64,000 nt of DNA, from contig NC_068993.1 of NCBI RefSeq assembly GCF_001194135.2, positions 14,946,457 to 15,010,456 of the forward strand, written 5' to 3'. A program made the position numbers and the translations under genes. The notes beneath the pieces are model-generated. The model made no database searches, had not been told where the DNA came from, and worked only from the letters and a program-made list of their open reading frames with translations. Within the stretch, counting starts at the first letter, position 1. Every line of letters begins with the position of its first letter. Origin of the DNA: Octopus bimaculoides. Its lineage: Eukaryota. Below, piece after piece: positions 38,571 through 51,230 of the stretch.

Positions 38571-38899
38571 CCATTTGGTTATGATATTATCGAGATTGGA
38601 TCCTGGTACCTGAAATTCCGTTAAGCACAGTTCTATATTATTCAGGCAATGCGGTACGGATTTATAATTGAAAGGTCTGGTGAGGTGCGAAACGTATGTG
38701 TATCAAGCACAAAATCTGACGATGGCGGATGTAACACACTGACAAATTGGCAACGCGTTTTCACATCAAATAAAAATACTCTAAAATATCTATTTCACTC
38801 ATATCTTATTTCCACACCTTTGACATTCTTGCAAGTGGGAGTACAGTGCCCTGATAGTGTTAGATATAAATAAACTATGCAACTTTATAAAGCAAAATA

Positions 38900-39860
38900 T
38901 GCGATTAAACAACAAATAAACAGATTTTCAGCCGTAGAAACTGACGTACATAGAACAGCCTTTTCTGCAGTTTTTCGCTGTACTATCCATCCTTCTTCTG
39001 TATGTTTTCATCCACTTTGACGAACTACTTGTCGATACCGAGATAATTCATAAGAAACTGGCGTTCATTGGCAGAATATAAATTAAGGTGATCTATAAGA
39101 TTGGGTAAATTGCGAACTTGAGTAGTACTGTGTTTAATTCTGTAGTACTTCTATTATTTTGCTTTTAAGCCAAGCCCTTCCATAGAACATACAATTAACT
39201 GACAGCCATATTATTGCTTGCATTGTAGTAGTGTATATTGTAATAAGACTGGATTGGATTGAATTGTTGCAGAGAGAATACAGTGTCTCATAGTTGGTCC
39301 ATGGTATTTGAAAAAAAGGTCAACGTATCTCTTAAAATTATTGATATTCCTTTCTGTTGGTTAACGAGTTATAGAGAATCAAGTGAAAGAACTCCTTGTA
39401 AAATCCAAGTTAATTACATGTTTATTTTTGTTAAGGGACTGGAGAATTTCACGTCATTCATTACCGTCTTGATTTCATTGGAGTTAGACAAACACCTTTT
39501 ATCCTACTCAAGAAATACTAGTTATTTGTGTGTTCAGTCGTCCTTCTAAGAGACGTTTTATAAAAAAATAGTTGCGTGTAAGAAGTTGAGTCATGCGTTA
39601 GTATTTACTTGAGCGATCCATTGTCCCTATTGTTCTGGCTAGAAGCTATTTGATTGCTTGTTCAGGATTACTTAAACTGGTGTTGAAAGTAGTTTATTTC
39701 AAATTGCATTTACCACGAATATTCGATTTTATAAATACCTCGGATGCTTCTGTTTCGGTGATAAATAGTTCGGGCGTTTGTTTAGTGTTTCACAAAACTG
39801 GAAGTGTATATGTATTGTATAATAAGTGTATAATATTTTTCGCTGATGATATTTTAATTC
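38900..39860 (-). mobile_element. Possible ancient PLE RT remnant
   Basis: Broken frame FKRYVDLFFQIPWTNYETLYSLCNNSIQSS resembles WKRY(V/L)DD.F..W......LN..H.SI. The rest is unalignable by eye. Confidence 0.25.
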
Positions 39861-40177
39861 AATTATGAATTATACTCGTGTTTAATGTCGCTTGTTTATC
39901 GTTCATATATATATATATATANNNNNNNNNNNNNNNNNNNNNNNNNNNNNNNNNNNNNNNNNNNNNNNNNNNNNNNNNNNNNNNNNNNNNNNNNNNNNNN
40001 NNNNNNNNNNNNNNNNNNNNNNNNNNNNNNNNNNNNNNNNNNNNNNNNNNNNNNNNNNNNNNNNNNNNNNNNNNNNNNNNNNNNNNNNNNNNNNNNNNNN
40101 NNNNNNNNNNNNNNNNNNNNNNNNNNNNNNNNNNNNNNNNNNNNNNNNNNNNNNNNNNNNNNNNNNNNNNNNNNNNN

Positions 40178-40212
<35 letters not shown>

Positions 40213-40244
40213 TTATTTATTTACTTCTCTCATTTATTGGTTTG

Positions 40245-40430
40245 TGGCAATGCTGAGGCAGCGTTATAAAGGTTTTAGTCGAGCAAATCGCCCCCAGAAC
40301 TTATCTGTAAGTCTGGTAGTTATTCTACCCGCCGTTTTTTGTCAACCCCTACCCCGTTACATGGATGTAAGCAAATCTTCACCGGTTGTCAAACTTGTGG
40401 TGATTACTATAACAGAAACACAGAGACACA
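40245..40430 (-). mobile_element. SINE family B 3' module
   Basis: ttttagtcgagcaaatcgcccccagaacttat...caccggttgtcaa is the antisense family-B tail. Confidence 0.7.
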
Positions 40431-40431
40431 T

Positions 40432-41136
40432 TGTTATATCCTTTATATGTCGGTATATTAATATACCCACTTCGTTTATCACAGTATCGCTATTAGCTCA
40501 AGTCGGCGAGCTGGCAGAAACGTTAGCACGCCGGGTGAAATGCTTAGCGGTAGTTAGTTCCTCTGCCGTAACGTTCTGAATTCAAATTCCGCCGAGGTCG
40601 ACTTTGCCTTTCATCCTTTAGGGGTCGATAAATTAAGTACCAGTTACGCACTGGCGTCGATGTAATCGACTTAATCCCTGTATCTGTCCTTGTTTGTCCC
40701 TTCAGTGTTTAGCCCCTTGTGGGAAATGAAGAAATGAGAAACGTTAGCACGCCGGGTGAAATGCTTAGCGGTATTTCGTCTGCTTTTACGTTCCGAGTTC
40801 AAATTCCACCGAGGTCGACTTTGCCTTTCATCCTTTCGGGGTTGATAAATTACGTAGCAGTTACGTACTGGGGTCGATCTAATCGCCCCCCCCTAACAAT
40901 TTTGGGCCTTATGCCTAGAGTAGAAAAATAATAAAAAAGTATCGCTATTAGCTCTATAAGACACTACTCTCAACATAGTCTAACCCTTACTCTCTGATAC
41001 TGACCGACCTCGCCTAACTTATAGTGACATCCCATTCCACTCGTCACGTAGACATACCATTATTACTAATTCCCTACATCTCCCATTTTAAGTTTCTCTT
41101 AGGAATGTCATTTTATTTAACAATAAATTTTCATCG
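40432..41136 (-). mobile_element. 3' LTR of a Ty3/Gypsy element (about 250 bp, split by a SINE dimer)
   Basis: Follows the purine tract aaaaagggaggtgggg directly after the integrase stop. Ends in ..tataaCA at 40432 on the minus strand. Continuity across the SINE is shown by the 17-bp duplication. Confidence 0.65.
40500..40937 (+). mobile_element. Dimeric SINE family A insertion with 17-bp TSD
   Basis: Monomer 1 at about 40505-40735 and monomer 2 at about 40737-40937 with a different tail. agtatcgctattagctc occurs at 40483-40499 and 40938-40954. Confidence 0.92.
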
Positions 41137-41505
41137 CCCCACCTCCCTTTTTAGAGTTTACGGTTGGCATCTATTTTCAGGAACTCTGTATGTTTTCTTT
41201 TCGTCTCACATGTACGCCTTGGTTCAATCATCTGCAGTGGCGTTTGTACTTGGAACGTATCGTAAAACCATACCATCGGTTCCGCCAATATCTTTGCTTC
41301 GCTTCCCACGAATCTCTTTTTTAGTTGGTCCTTGTCGCTTTTGTATGCCTTTTCTACTTTTTACCCAATACATCATTTTACATATACATGTGGTAATTAC
41401 TCCCTCTTCGCAACTCGGTTTTCCATTTCTATATGGAAAAGGTGTATATGCCCGCATATACACCTTTTCGCCATCTTTAAAGAATATTGATATGTCTTCT
41501 CTGGC
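41137..41505 (-). mobile_element. Ty3/Gypsy integrase C-terminal fragment plus polypurine tract
   Basis: FKDGEKVYMRAY..RNGKPSCEEGVITTCICKMMYWVKSRKGIQKR, frameshift, DQLKKRF..KIDANRKL*. This fits F..G..V....Y....W..G.I....G...Y.V......RH.NQL. Stop at 41151-53 abuts the PPT. Confidence 0.8.
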
Positions 41506-43105
41506 ATGCACACACACGCACACACATATATAAATATGCGACAAGATTCCACAAAGACTTCGTTAACCAAATTTCCTCAAAAGGAACTATAGTAGAAGAC
41601 AAATTGTCTAAGATGTCGCCCAGAGAACTAGACTTCGAAAGCAGGTTGTTTCAAAGCGAGTTTCTTAACTTTACAGCCATGCTTACGCCAAGATGCCTTT
41701 TAAAAAATTAATATATTTTTCAGTTCTATGCTGCTGTTGCATGAGCAATCTATCAGCCAGTCTCTTTGAGTGAAATACCAGTTGTGTAGTGGTGTCATTT
41801 TCAGAGAAATGCATCCTTACGTACGTTCTTTTGCAGTAGAATTGGAAATATATAAACTACATTCTTGATGTTCAGACGAACACAAATGCAGAATGTAGCT
41901 ATATACAGAGTGATGCACCTACAGTTATTCTTAAATATCTTGTATACATACGCAGGAACACATTTAAATGACACGTTAAGTTTAACAAAGAAATATCACA
42001 TTTGGTAGGGAGAGTGTCATTGAGTCTCTGCCTGTTTGTTCTTTATTGTCGCAGAAACATGATGTATATTGTTTTTCGTTTATTTGTTTTTTGGTTGGGA
42101 TTCGTTGTTATTGTGGATTGTATTTATTTGTTGTTTTTTTTTTTGTTTAAATACGAAAGAATGTTAATATAAAAGTTGGCTAGTGTCGCGTCCCTTAAGG
42201 AATGGTTGAACAATTTATCAAGTGCACTTGAAATCACCGTTAGCTTTAAAATATATAACAAAATATAAACCAACAATAACAACAACAACAACATCTACAT
42301 CGAATCAATGTAATGCCTCCCATAAAATCTTTTTTTTTATTCGTCTATTTTATTTATTTATTCTTTCTGTTTTTTTTTTGTTTCTTTTTTTAGAAACAAT
42401 TAAAAACTAAAATAGGAAACTACAAAATATATAAATTATTCAAAAATAAAAGGATAAGAATTTCAGTTAAAACAAACAGACAGAACCCGAGGAAGGACAG
42501 AGTGGATGAAAAAAAAGCTGTTACAAAAATATTCTTTGGACGTTTAACTGCCTGAAAGAAAGGAAAACATCCTGTCAGAGTTCCCTGCATATATTAGCTG
42601 CTATGTCGTATTTTAGCTGTTTACGCATGCATTTTATTGTATTTTAAATGATTCGTTTATTGCAAATAGTTTTATATTTGTTTGCTTTTTATTTGTTTAG
42701 TTTTATATTTGTTTGCTTTTTTACAAAATACCTTTATCGGGCTTTTTATTTGTTTCGTTGTTTTAATTGTTTCGTTAATGTTTTGTTTTGTTTTCTATTC
42801 GTTAGTTTATTTTTTCTTTTCTTTTTTTTTTCTTTTTCGAAATTCATTTAATTTAAGTTATGCAATAAAAATAAAAACAAAAAAGAAAACAAAACAATTA
42901 ATAAAGGGAGAAAAATAGTAAATAAATGAAAGGTTAGAGGCTAACGTAATTGTATTTTATGCATTAATATTTTATCACACGTTTCACTGTTTCTATATGT
43001 ATATATCTACGCATATATGTATATACATATCTTGTCTCTATGTGTGTGTGTGTGTATGCATATATGCATATATATCGAGTTTGTGGAAGTATGTTTATAT
43101 ATACG

Positions 43106-43140
<35 letters not shown>

Positions 43141-43716
43141 NNNNNNNNNNNNNNNNNNNNNNNNNNNNNNNNNNNNNNNNNNNNNNNNNNNNNNNNNNNN
43201 NNNNNNNNNNNNNNNNNNNNNNNNNNNNNNNNNNNNNNNNNNNNNNNNNNNNNNNNNNNNNNNNNNNNNNNNNNNNNNNNNNNNNNNNNNNNNNNNNNNN
43301 NNNNNNNNNNNNNNNNNNNNNNNNNNNNNNNNNNNNNNNNNNNNNNNNNNNNNNNNNNNNNNNNNNNNNNNNNNNNNNNNNNNNNNNNNNNNNNNNNNNN
43401 NNNNNNNNNNNNNNNNNNNNNNNNNNNNNNNNNNNNNNNNNNNNNNNNNNNNNNNNNNNNNNNNNNNNNNNNNNNNNNNNNNNNNNNNNNNNNNNNNNNN
43501 NNNNNNNNNNNNNNNNNNNNNNNNNNNNNNNNNNNNNNNNNNNNNNNNNNNNNNNNNNNNNNNNNNNNNNNNNNNNNNNNNNNNNNNNNNNNNNNNNNNN
43601 NNNNNNNNNNNNNNNNNNNNNNNNNNNNNNNNNNNNNNNNNNNNNNNNNNNNNNNNNNNNNNNNNNNNNNNNNNNNNNNNNNNNNNNNNNNNNNNNNNNN
43701 NNNNNNNNNNNNNNNN

Positions 43717-43776
<60 letters not shown>

Positions 43777-44169
43777 TGCCTAAACAGGCAGACACTATGT
43801 CGACACATATAAGTACTTTCATATTACGTATATACGTATATATGCATGCTTCCGCTGATATGTGGTAGCATTTATAACTCTGTGTGTGAGTGTGTGTGAC
43901 GGGTATCTATATGTATTGTGAGTAAAAATGCGTGTATTTATGTATAAAAAATATATAAATGCCACAAATATTACGATAACTACGTCATCGTCTAATTCAT
44001 AGTCAACTTTTAAAAAAGTTATGTACACGAAAAATAGCGTCGATATTAAAATAGAATTACACCGACAAAGACACTGAAAACGGATATAAATTAATAATAA
44101 TATTCATAATGATGTCAATCATAATGATAGTGAAGATTATTAAGCAACTATTCATTATCGCAATGCTTC

Positions 44170-44710
44170 TGCTACAGCTGATGATGATGATGATGATGAT
44201 GATGACCATGACGACCAAGTCGACGACGATGGTGATGACAACGACGACGACGACGACGACGACGATGATTATGATGATTATGGTGAGGATGAATATGATG
44301 ATGATGATGATTATATTGATGATGATGGTGAGGAGGAGGAGGAAGTGGAAGAGGGGGAGGAGGAGAAGGAAGGTAATGATGCTCAGGATTATGGTGGTGA
44401 TGAGGATGAGGAAGATGGCAAAAGTGATGGTGAGGTGATGGTGTTCACATCGTATTTGAGGTGATTGTTGTCATGTGAACGTGAGGATGATGTTGGTGAT
44501 ATGACTGGTGATGATTATAATGATAATGATGATGATGATGATGATGATGATGATGCCGCCGATAGTGCTAGTGTTTGTCAGTGGTGGCTGTGGTTTCGGC
44601 GCTGGTGGCTGCGGTGATGCGGGTGGTGGCGATAGTAATAATTACGATGATGGTGACGACCACCACGACGATGACGTTCACGATGAAGACCATCATGATG
44701 ACGATTGTCA
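44170..44710. repeat. Low-complexity (ATG)/(GAC)/(GAG) compound microsatellite region
   Basis: Directly visible; source of the poly-M ORFs. Confidence 0.9.
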
Positions 44711-45586
44711 AAAATGCTATTCTATACTACGCTTTTTCCTGTAAGGAAACTTTTGTCACGAATTGGCGTTTTATTGCAGCTGAGCGTTCTGAAGAATCCA
44801 CACAGCAAACATAATATGATGATTTCTGTTGGCTGTGCAATGAGGCGTGAACGCTATTCGAGCGAGCGGCGTCTAACAGCAGTCATTAGCCATGACACAG
44901 AGTGCCAATGATGCGAAACGAAAGGCGACAAATGGAATCAAGAGGAAATGATAGGGCTTGATTTTTTCATATACTTTTATTAGGTTTTTCATATGGTTAT
45001 ATATATGTGTTATATATATGTGTTATATATNNNNNNNNNNNNNNNNNNNNNNNNNNNNNNNNNNNNNNNNNNNNNNNNNNNNNNNNNNNNNNNNNNNNNN
45101 NNNNNNNNNNNNNNNNNNNNNNNNNNNNNNNNNNNNNNNNNNNNNNNNNNNNNNNNNNNNNNNNNNNNNNNNNNNNNNNNNNNNNNNNNNNNNNNNNNNN
45201 NNNNNNNNNNNNNNNNNNNNNNNNNNNNNNNNNNNNNNNNNNNNNNNNNNNNNNNNNNNNNNNNNNNNNNNNNNNNNNNNNNNNNNNNNNNNNNNNNNNN
45301 NNNNNNNNNNNNNNNNNNNNNNNNNNNNNNNNNNNNNNNNNNNNNNNNNNNNNNNNNNNNNNNNNNNNNNNNNNNNNNNNNNNNNNNNNNNNNNNNNNNN
45401 NNNNNNNNNNNNNNNNNNNNNNNNNNNNNNNNNNNNNNNNNNNNNNNNNNNNNNNNNNNNNNNNNNNNNNNNNNNNNNNNNNNNNNNNNNNNNNNNNNNN
45501 NNNNNNNNNNNNNNNNNNNNNNNNNNNNNNNNNNNNNNNNNNNNNNNNNNNNNNNNNNNNNNNNNNNNNNNNNNNNNNNNNNNNNN

Positions 45587-45630
<44 letters not shown>

Positions 45631-45939
45631 CACGCGCATACATAAGTGTGCATACCTGCTATTTATATATATATTTATATATTCATTTATTTTTTTTTTA
45701 TTCTCCGTGCTTTAACGGTTGCGCGTTAGATATGGATCAGCGATATAAGTGCCTAATTAAAAGAATGTTTCTGGTCGTATTCAGGGATAATAGCTGCTGT
45801 GATGGTAACGGTGGTGAATTTAATGGTGGTGTATAATAGAAATGATGATATCTATCGCAGTATTATTAGTTGTAGTTGCCGTTCTTTTTATCATTAACGC
45901 TATTTAGCTTATTGGTGATACGTATGTATGTGCTGCTGA

Positions 45940-45970
<31 letters not shown>

Positions 45971-46184
45971 CCTCTTGGCGTTAGTGATGGTATTTCGTTA
46001 TGGTAATGTGCGATAAGAAAGTGAAGGCAAATGTCATTAGTACGCGGGACGCTTGTGTTGTTGTTCTTTTTAAAGGTAACAGATTATTATACCTTGCCTT
46101 GTTAAAAGAACAGGACGTGCATGTTCGTTAAATATGGAATATCGCTCCAGCTGAGAGTAACCTGTACTTTTGGACTGCGTTAAG

Positions 46185-46565
46185 CGCAGGTGTGGTTGTG
46201 TGGTAAGAGCATTGCTTCCCAACCACATGTTTCCGGATTCAGTCCCACCGCCTGGCATGTTGGGCAGGTGACATCTACAAAGCCTTTGGGTTGATTAACG
46301 ACTTATGAGTGAATTTGGTAGAAGAAAACTTTTGTATAATAAATTTGTGTGTCTGTGTTTGCCCACCAGCACCGCTTGACAACCGGTGTTGGTTTGTTTT
46401 CGTTTTCTTATCTTAGTGGTTCGGCAAAAACGATCGATAGAATGAGTAACACGTTTTAAAAAAAGAATTAAATACTTGGTTCGATTAGTTCGACTAAAAT
46501 TCCTCAAGGCGATACCCCAGCATGGCCACAGTCTAATGACTGAAACATATAAGAATAAAGATAAA
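46185..46565 (+). mobile_element. SINE family B (full length, diverged)
   Basis: Head gtgtggttgtgtggtaagagcattgcttcccaaccacatg.ttccgg.ttcagtccc through tail ccagcatggccacagtctaatgactgaaac. Confidence 0.85.
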
Positions 46566-47088
46566 AACTACTACGATAACCGATTCCCAAACTGCGAAGT
46601 CCATGAGCGGATAAAACCCAGGGACCAAAATCGATATTTCATTTCAATAGAAAAAAGGTATTTCTTAGGGACCACTGTCTTTGAGTTAAAGTGAAATTTG
46701 AGGTAGGTTTAGCTCTTATTTCAAGCAGGTTATCCGATCATATAAAGGTATACTCGCTGGTACGCAAAAGTTGTGTTTAAGCTGTTTGTGAAGATCGTTT
46801 CATAGAATGTTTTGTGGTAATTGTTGTTGCTTCTGTCGTTGATGTTGGTGCGGTTTTTGTTGATAATGTTTCTGTTCTAGTTATAGTTGTCGTTGTTCTA
46901 TATTCACAGATCAGCATTGACGGAGTAAATAAGAGATCGAAATAGTTCCATTCTATCATGACTATGCCATAGGTTTATGTCACGTCTCACTTGTGTCATA
47001 TTGTTTCAGACACTAAGGTACAGCATGAGCGGTAAGGTACTAAGTGAATTCTCTAATTTGTATAATTGGTGTTTTTACTAGTAATACG

Positions 47089-47127
<39 letters not shown>

Positions 47128-47128
47128 C

Positions 47129-47167
<39 letters not shown>

Positions 47168-47169
47168 AG

Positions 47170-47212
<43 letters not shown>

Positions 47213-47214
47213 AG

Positions 47215-47257
<43 letters not shown>

Positions 47258-47320
47258 AGAGAAAGATAGATAGATAGAAGAGAAAGATAGATAGATAGAT
47301 AGAAGAGAAAGATAGATTAG
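47089..47320. repeat. (GATA)n array with recurring AGAGAA interruptions
   Basis: Directly visible; gatagaagagaaagata recurs five times. Confidence 0.95.
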
Positions 47321-47634
47321 ATCATTCTTACAAAATACAAAAAAATGTTGTTATAATGGTTGATTGCGTAAGACCCTCGGAAATTCCAATGCCGACATCA
47401 AAATAACTGAAATGACTAAATGTGCGTTGGAGCTAATGATTTATAATTGCGCTTATCTTCATTTCCAGCTTCATATTTTCTACATATCATTATTAGTAAC
47501 ACGTAACACGACTAAGTAGAATGGTAGAATAAACTCTATACTAGAAGTTAACTAGTTATTGATAACCTACGTGGAGTCTAACGCATACACTAGTTGTCAC
47601 AGACTTAACTCTACACTGAAGATGTATATGTGTG

Positions 47635-47691
<57 letters not shown>

Positions 47692-47942
47692 ATATGTATT
47701 TTACACAGAAAGAGATGGAGAAGGAGGTAGCAGTACATTATTTATATATGTATATACATAAATATTTGCATATATATATACGTATCTGTATATGAGTACG
47801 TACCTGTGTGTGTATGTATTTATGCTCTCACATTTGTATGTAATATACGTGTGTTATAAAAAGTGTAGCGACATACGCTTTTCTGTATGAATTTATGTAT
47901 ATATATGTGTGCGTGTGTGTGTGTTTGTTTGTGTGTGTGTGT

Positions 47943-48007
<65 letters not shown>

Positions 48008-48367
48008 TGTGAAGGCGAACTGGTTTGTGTTAACGATGATAACTCTTTGCTGTTAATTATGATTCAGCTGCTCTTAGCAGTGATTAATCGATTTGGTGCT
48101 AAAAACATGAATGTTACTAAATATCAAAATAACAATGACAGTAGCATTGGTTATGTCCATAGAGAGACTTTATTGTGCTAATTTTCGATTAGATAACTAT
48201 TTCATCCACTGGAATACTGCAGTAGAATAAATTCCTACTATACGTGAGGAAGCTATTTTAAATAGGTATATATATATATATACACATATATAGACGCAGC
48301 AGTCGCTTTGTGGTAAGCACATTGCATACTAACCACATGATTCCGGGTTAGGTGTCACTGGAAACCA

Positions 48368-48867
48368 GGAATTTCAAAAACAAACGTTGAAAGCGTTTAG
48401 AGTGGAATAAAAACCTACAGAATTGGTACCTAGAGCAGTGGAAGAATGTTATTTTCTCGGACGAGTCATCCTTTACCTTATTTCCGACTACCTGACGAGT
48501 ATACGTGTGGAGACAGCCAAAAGAAGTATCTGACCCAGACTGCCTTCTTCTAACTGTTAAACATGGAGGAGGGTCTGTGATGATCTGGTGGCGGGGCTAT
48601 ATCTTGGAAACCTGCCGGCACAGTCCCCAGGTTTCAATATTATTGAATATTTATGGTACATTTTAGTAAAAACACGTAAGGAGTCGATATCCTCCACCAT
48701 CATCACTACAGGTACTCGACACTGTTTTAGCTGAAGAATGGACAAAAGTTCCTTTGAAAGCAATTCAAATTTTTGTACGAGCCCATAACCCATAAAATTC
48801 AAGCTGTAATTACTGCCAAAGTCGGTCCTACGCCATTTTAAAATAGATCTTAAATTTTAAGGTGTTT

Positions 48868-48870
<3 letters not shown>
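48368..48870 (+). mobile_element. Tc1-family transposase remnant, internally deleted
   Basis: KRLEWNKNLQNWYLEQWKNVIFSDESSFTLFPTT*RVYVWRQPKE..LTVKHGGGSVMIW is joined directly to PAQSP.FNIIEYLWYIL..RSRYPPPSSLQVLDTVLAEEWTKVP..IQAVITAKVGPTPF* (stop at 48839-41). First catalytic D (SDES) and the SPDLNPIE-like motif are present; the middle D region is missing. Confidence 0.92.
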
Positions 48871-48905
<35 letters not shown>

Positions 48906-48908
<3 letters not shown>

Positions 48909-49268
48909 TGGTTAGAGCGTCGAACTTACGNNNNNNNNNNNNNNNNNNNNNNNNNNNNNNNNNNNNNNNNNNNNNNNNNNNNNNNNNNNNNNNNNNNNNN
49001 NNNNNNNNNNNNNNNNNNNNNNNNNNNNNNNNNNNNNNNNNNNNNNNNNNNNNNNNNNNNNNNNNNNNNNNNNNNNNNNNNNNNNNNNNNNNNNNNNNNN
49101 NNNNNNNNNNNNNNNNNNNNNNNNNNNNNNNNNNNNNNNNNNNNNNNNNNNNNNCAGTATGCATGGGCGACTGCTGGTCTTCCATAAACCACCTTGCTCA
49201 GACTTGTGCCACGGAGGGTAACTTTCTAGGTGCAATCCCATGGTTAGTCATGACCGAAGGGGATCTCA
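48906..49268 (+). mobile_element. SINE family D spanning an assembly gap
   Basis: Head cagtggttagagcgtcgaac before the gap; tail homologous to 148-225 after it. Confidence 0.7.
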
Positions 49269-50230
49269 GCAATATACATATACATATATATATGTTATGT
49301 ATGTATGTATGTATGTATGTATGTATGTATAGTCAATTAAAATTGACTAAGGGTGTGAATAACACCAATATTCATTAAAAAAAATAGTAGTTAAAATGCT
49401 CCAATGCTCTTATAAAGCACATAACGTGTACTCTGATAGTGGCTGCAGTCGCCCGAACACTGAACTGAGAATTCCTCGACTATTTTTGTAGCCACTCACT
49501 GTCAGGCCAGCTCATCGGTTGATTCCAGCGTACCACGCCTGCCAGTGTATACGAATATATTCAACGTAGAAATCTGTTTTATTCCTGTAGATTTTAAACA
49601 ATACAAGGTGCTACTCGGAACTTTCATTAATGTAAGAAGAATGGATGAGGAATAGTGAATTAAATTATGTTCGAATTACGACAGTTATTGTATGAAAAGA
49701 TAAGTAGAAATTCTAAGAGACTCTACTGAGATTCCATGTAACAGAGCACATTTCTATATTTATTTTCCTTTTTTTTTATACTTTTCTTCTTTTTTTTTTT
49801 TCGAATATACAATTTTGCACACGCAGAAGATCGTACATATATCGATGTCATTATCTTGATTCCCATCATTCCTTTCATAATTATCATAATTTCATAATTT
49901 TGAGAAATTTGGTCATTAANNNNNNNNNNNNNNNNNNNNNNNNNNNNNNNNNNNNNNNNNNNNNNNNNNNNNNNNNNNNNNNNNNNNNNNNNNNNNNNNN
50001 NNNNNNNNNNNNNNNNNNNNNNNNNNNNNNNNNNNNNNNNNNNNNNNNNNNNNNNNNNNNNNNNNNNNNNNNNNNNNNNNNNNNNNNNNNNNNNNNNNNN
50101 NNNNNNNNNNNNNNNNNNNNNNNNNNNNNNNNNNNNNNNNNNNNNNNNNNNNNNNNNNNNNNNNNNNNNNNNNNNNNNNNNNNNNNNNNNNNNNNNNNNN
50201 NNNNNNNNNNNNNNNNNNNNNNNNNNNNNN

Positions 50231-50268
<38 letters not shown>

Positions 50269-50330
50269 GGGACAAAATCCCAAATTACAGGTAAAAACTC
50301 AATTAAAATATATAGTTTTCCCTAAAACTA

Positions 50331-50375
<45 letters not shown>

Positions 50376-50380
50376 TATAC

Positions 50381-50760
50381 TATTTTACTTGTTTCAGTCA
50401 TTTGACTGCGGCCATGCTGAAGAAACTAATTTTAGTCGACGAAGTCGACCCCAAGACTTATTCTTTGTAAGCTTAGTACTTATTCTATGGGGCTCTTTTG
50501 CCGAACCGCTAAGATTCGGAGACGTAAACACACTAGCATTGGTTATCAAGCGATGGTAGGGAACAATCACAGACACACAAATATCTACATATATATATAC
50601 GACGGGCTTCTTTCAGTTTCTGTTTCCCAAATTCTCTCACAAGGATTTGGTCCGCCCGAGGGTATTGTAGAAGACACGTCCCCAGGCTACCACGTAGTGG
50701 GACTGAACGCGGAACCATGTATTTGAGAAGCAATCTTCTTACCATACAGCCACGCCTGTA
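50381..50760 (-). mobile_element. SINE family B (full length, antisense)
   Basis: gtttcagtcatttgactgcggccatgctg...tacgacgggcttctttcagtttc...gtgggactgaacgcggaaccatgt..gaagcaatcttcttaccatacagccacgcc. Confidence 0.9.
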
Positions 50761-50799
50761 TAAATGCGCATATGCGCATGTGTGTGTAATCTCGACACA

Positions 50800-50900
50800 T
50801 CTTTTTCTCTACCCGTGTTGCTTTCTCTTCCCCCATTTTTTTCCTTCTGATCCCTTTCTGTCGAAGAGCATAGGCACGAAACGTAAAAACCTTCGCCATG
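50800..50900 (+). mobile_element. U6-variant hammerhead-like repeat, copy 3 (3' truncated)
   Basis: ttt-CTGTCGA-A-gagc(atag)gcac-GAAA-cg-TA-aaa at 50855-50888. Confidence 0.6.
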
Positions 50901-51059
50901 TGCGTGTATGTTTGTGTGTATACAAGCAAACATATATATATATACACTTATATGCCAGTATGTTGAGGCTATATAAATATGTATCAGCATATATATTTAG
51001 AATAGTGTCTTTTCCGTTTTCATTATATGTTGATCGACCACTAGCCACTAAAGTGTTTT

Positions 51060-51230
51060 TTCTTTTTTAATTCTCTCTCTGTTTATTTTCTCATGTCCCT
51101 TTCTATTGAACAGCGTAGGCTCGAAACGTAAAAGACTTTCTCCCGTTCCGGAGCGTTGAACTAATACGCCAGTTTGTAGTTTACACACCTGTCTTCGTCG
51201 TTTGTTTTGTTTTTGTAAATTCCAACTATA
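51060..51230 (+). mobile_element. U6-variant hammerhead-like repeat, copy 4
   Basis: cttt-CTATTGA-A-cagc(gtag)gctc-GAAA-cg-TA-aaag at 51099-51134. Shared tail ccggagcgttgaactaat..acacacctgtcttcgtcg, ending in (TA)n. Confidence 0.6.

Noticed and set aside
44109-44744. Met/Asp-rich ORFs
   Set aside because: Products of (ATG)n/(GAC)n microsatellites.
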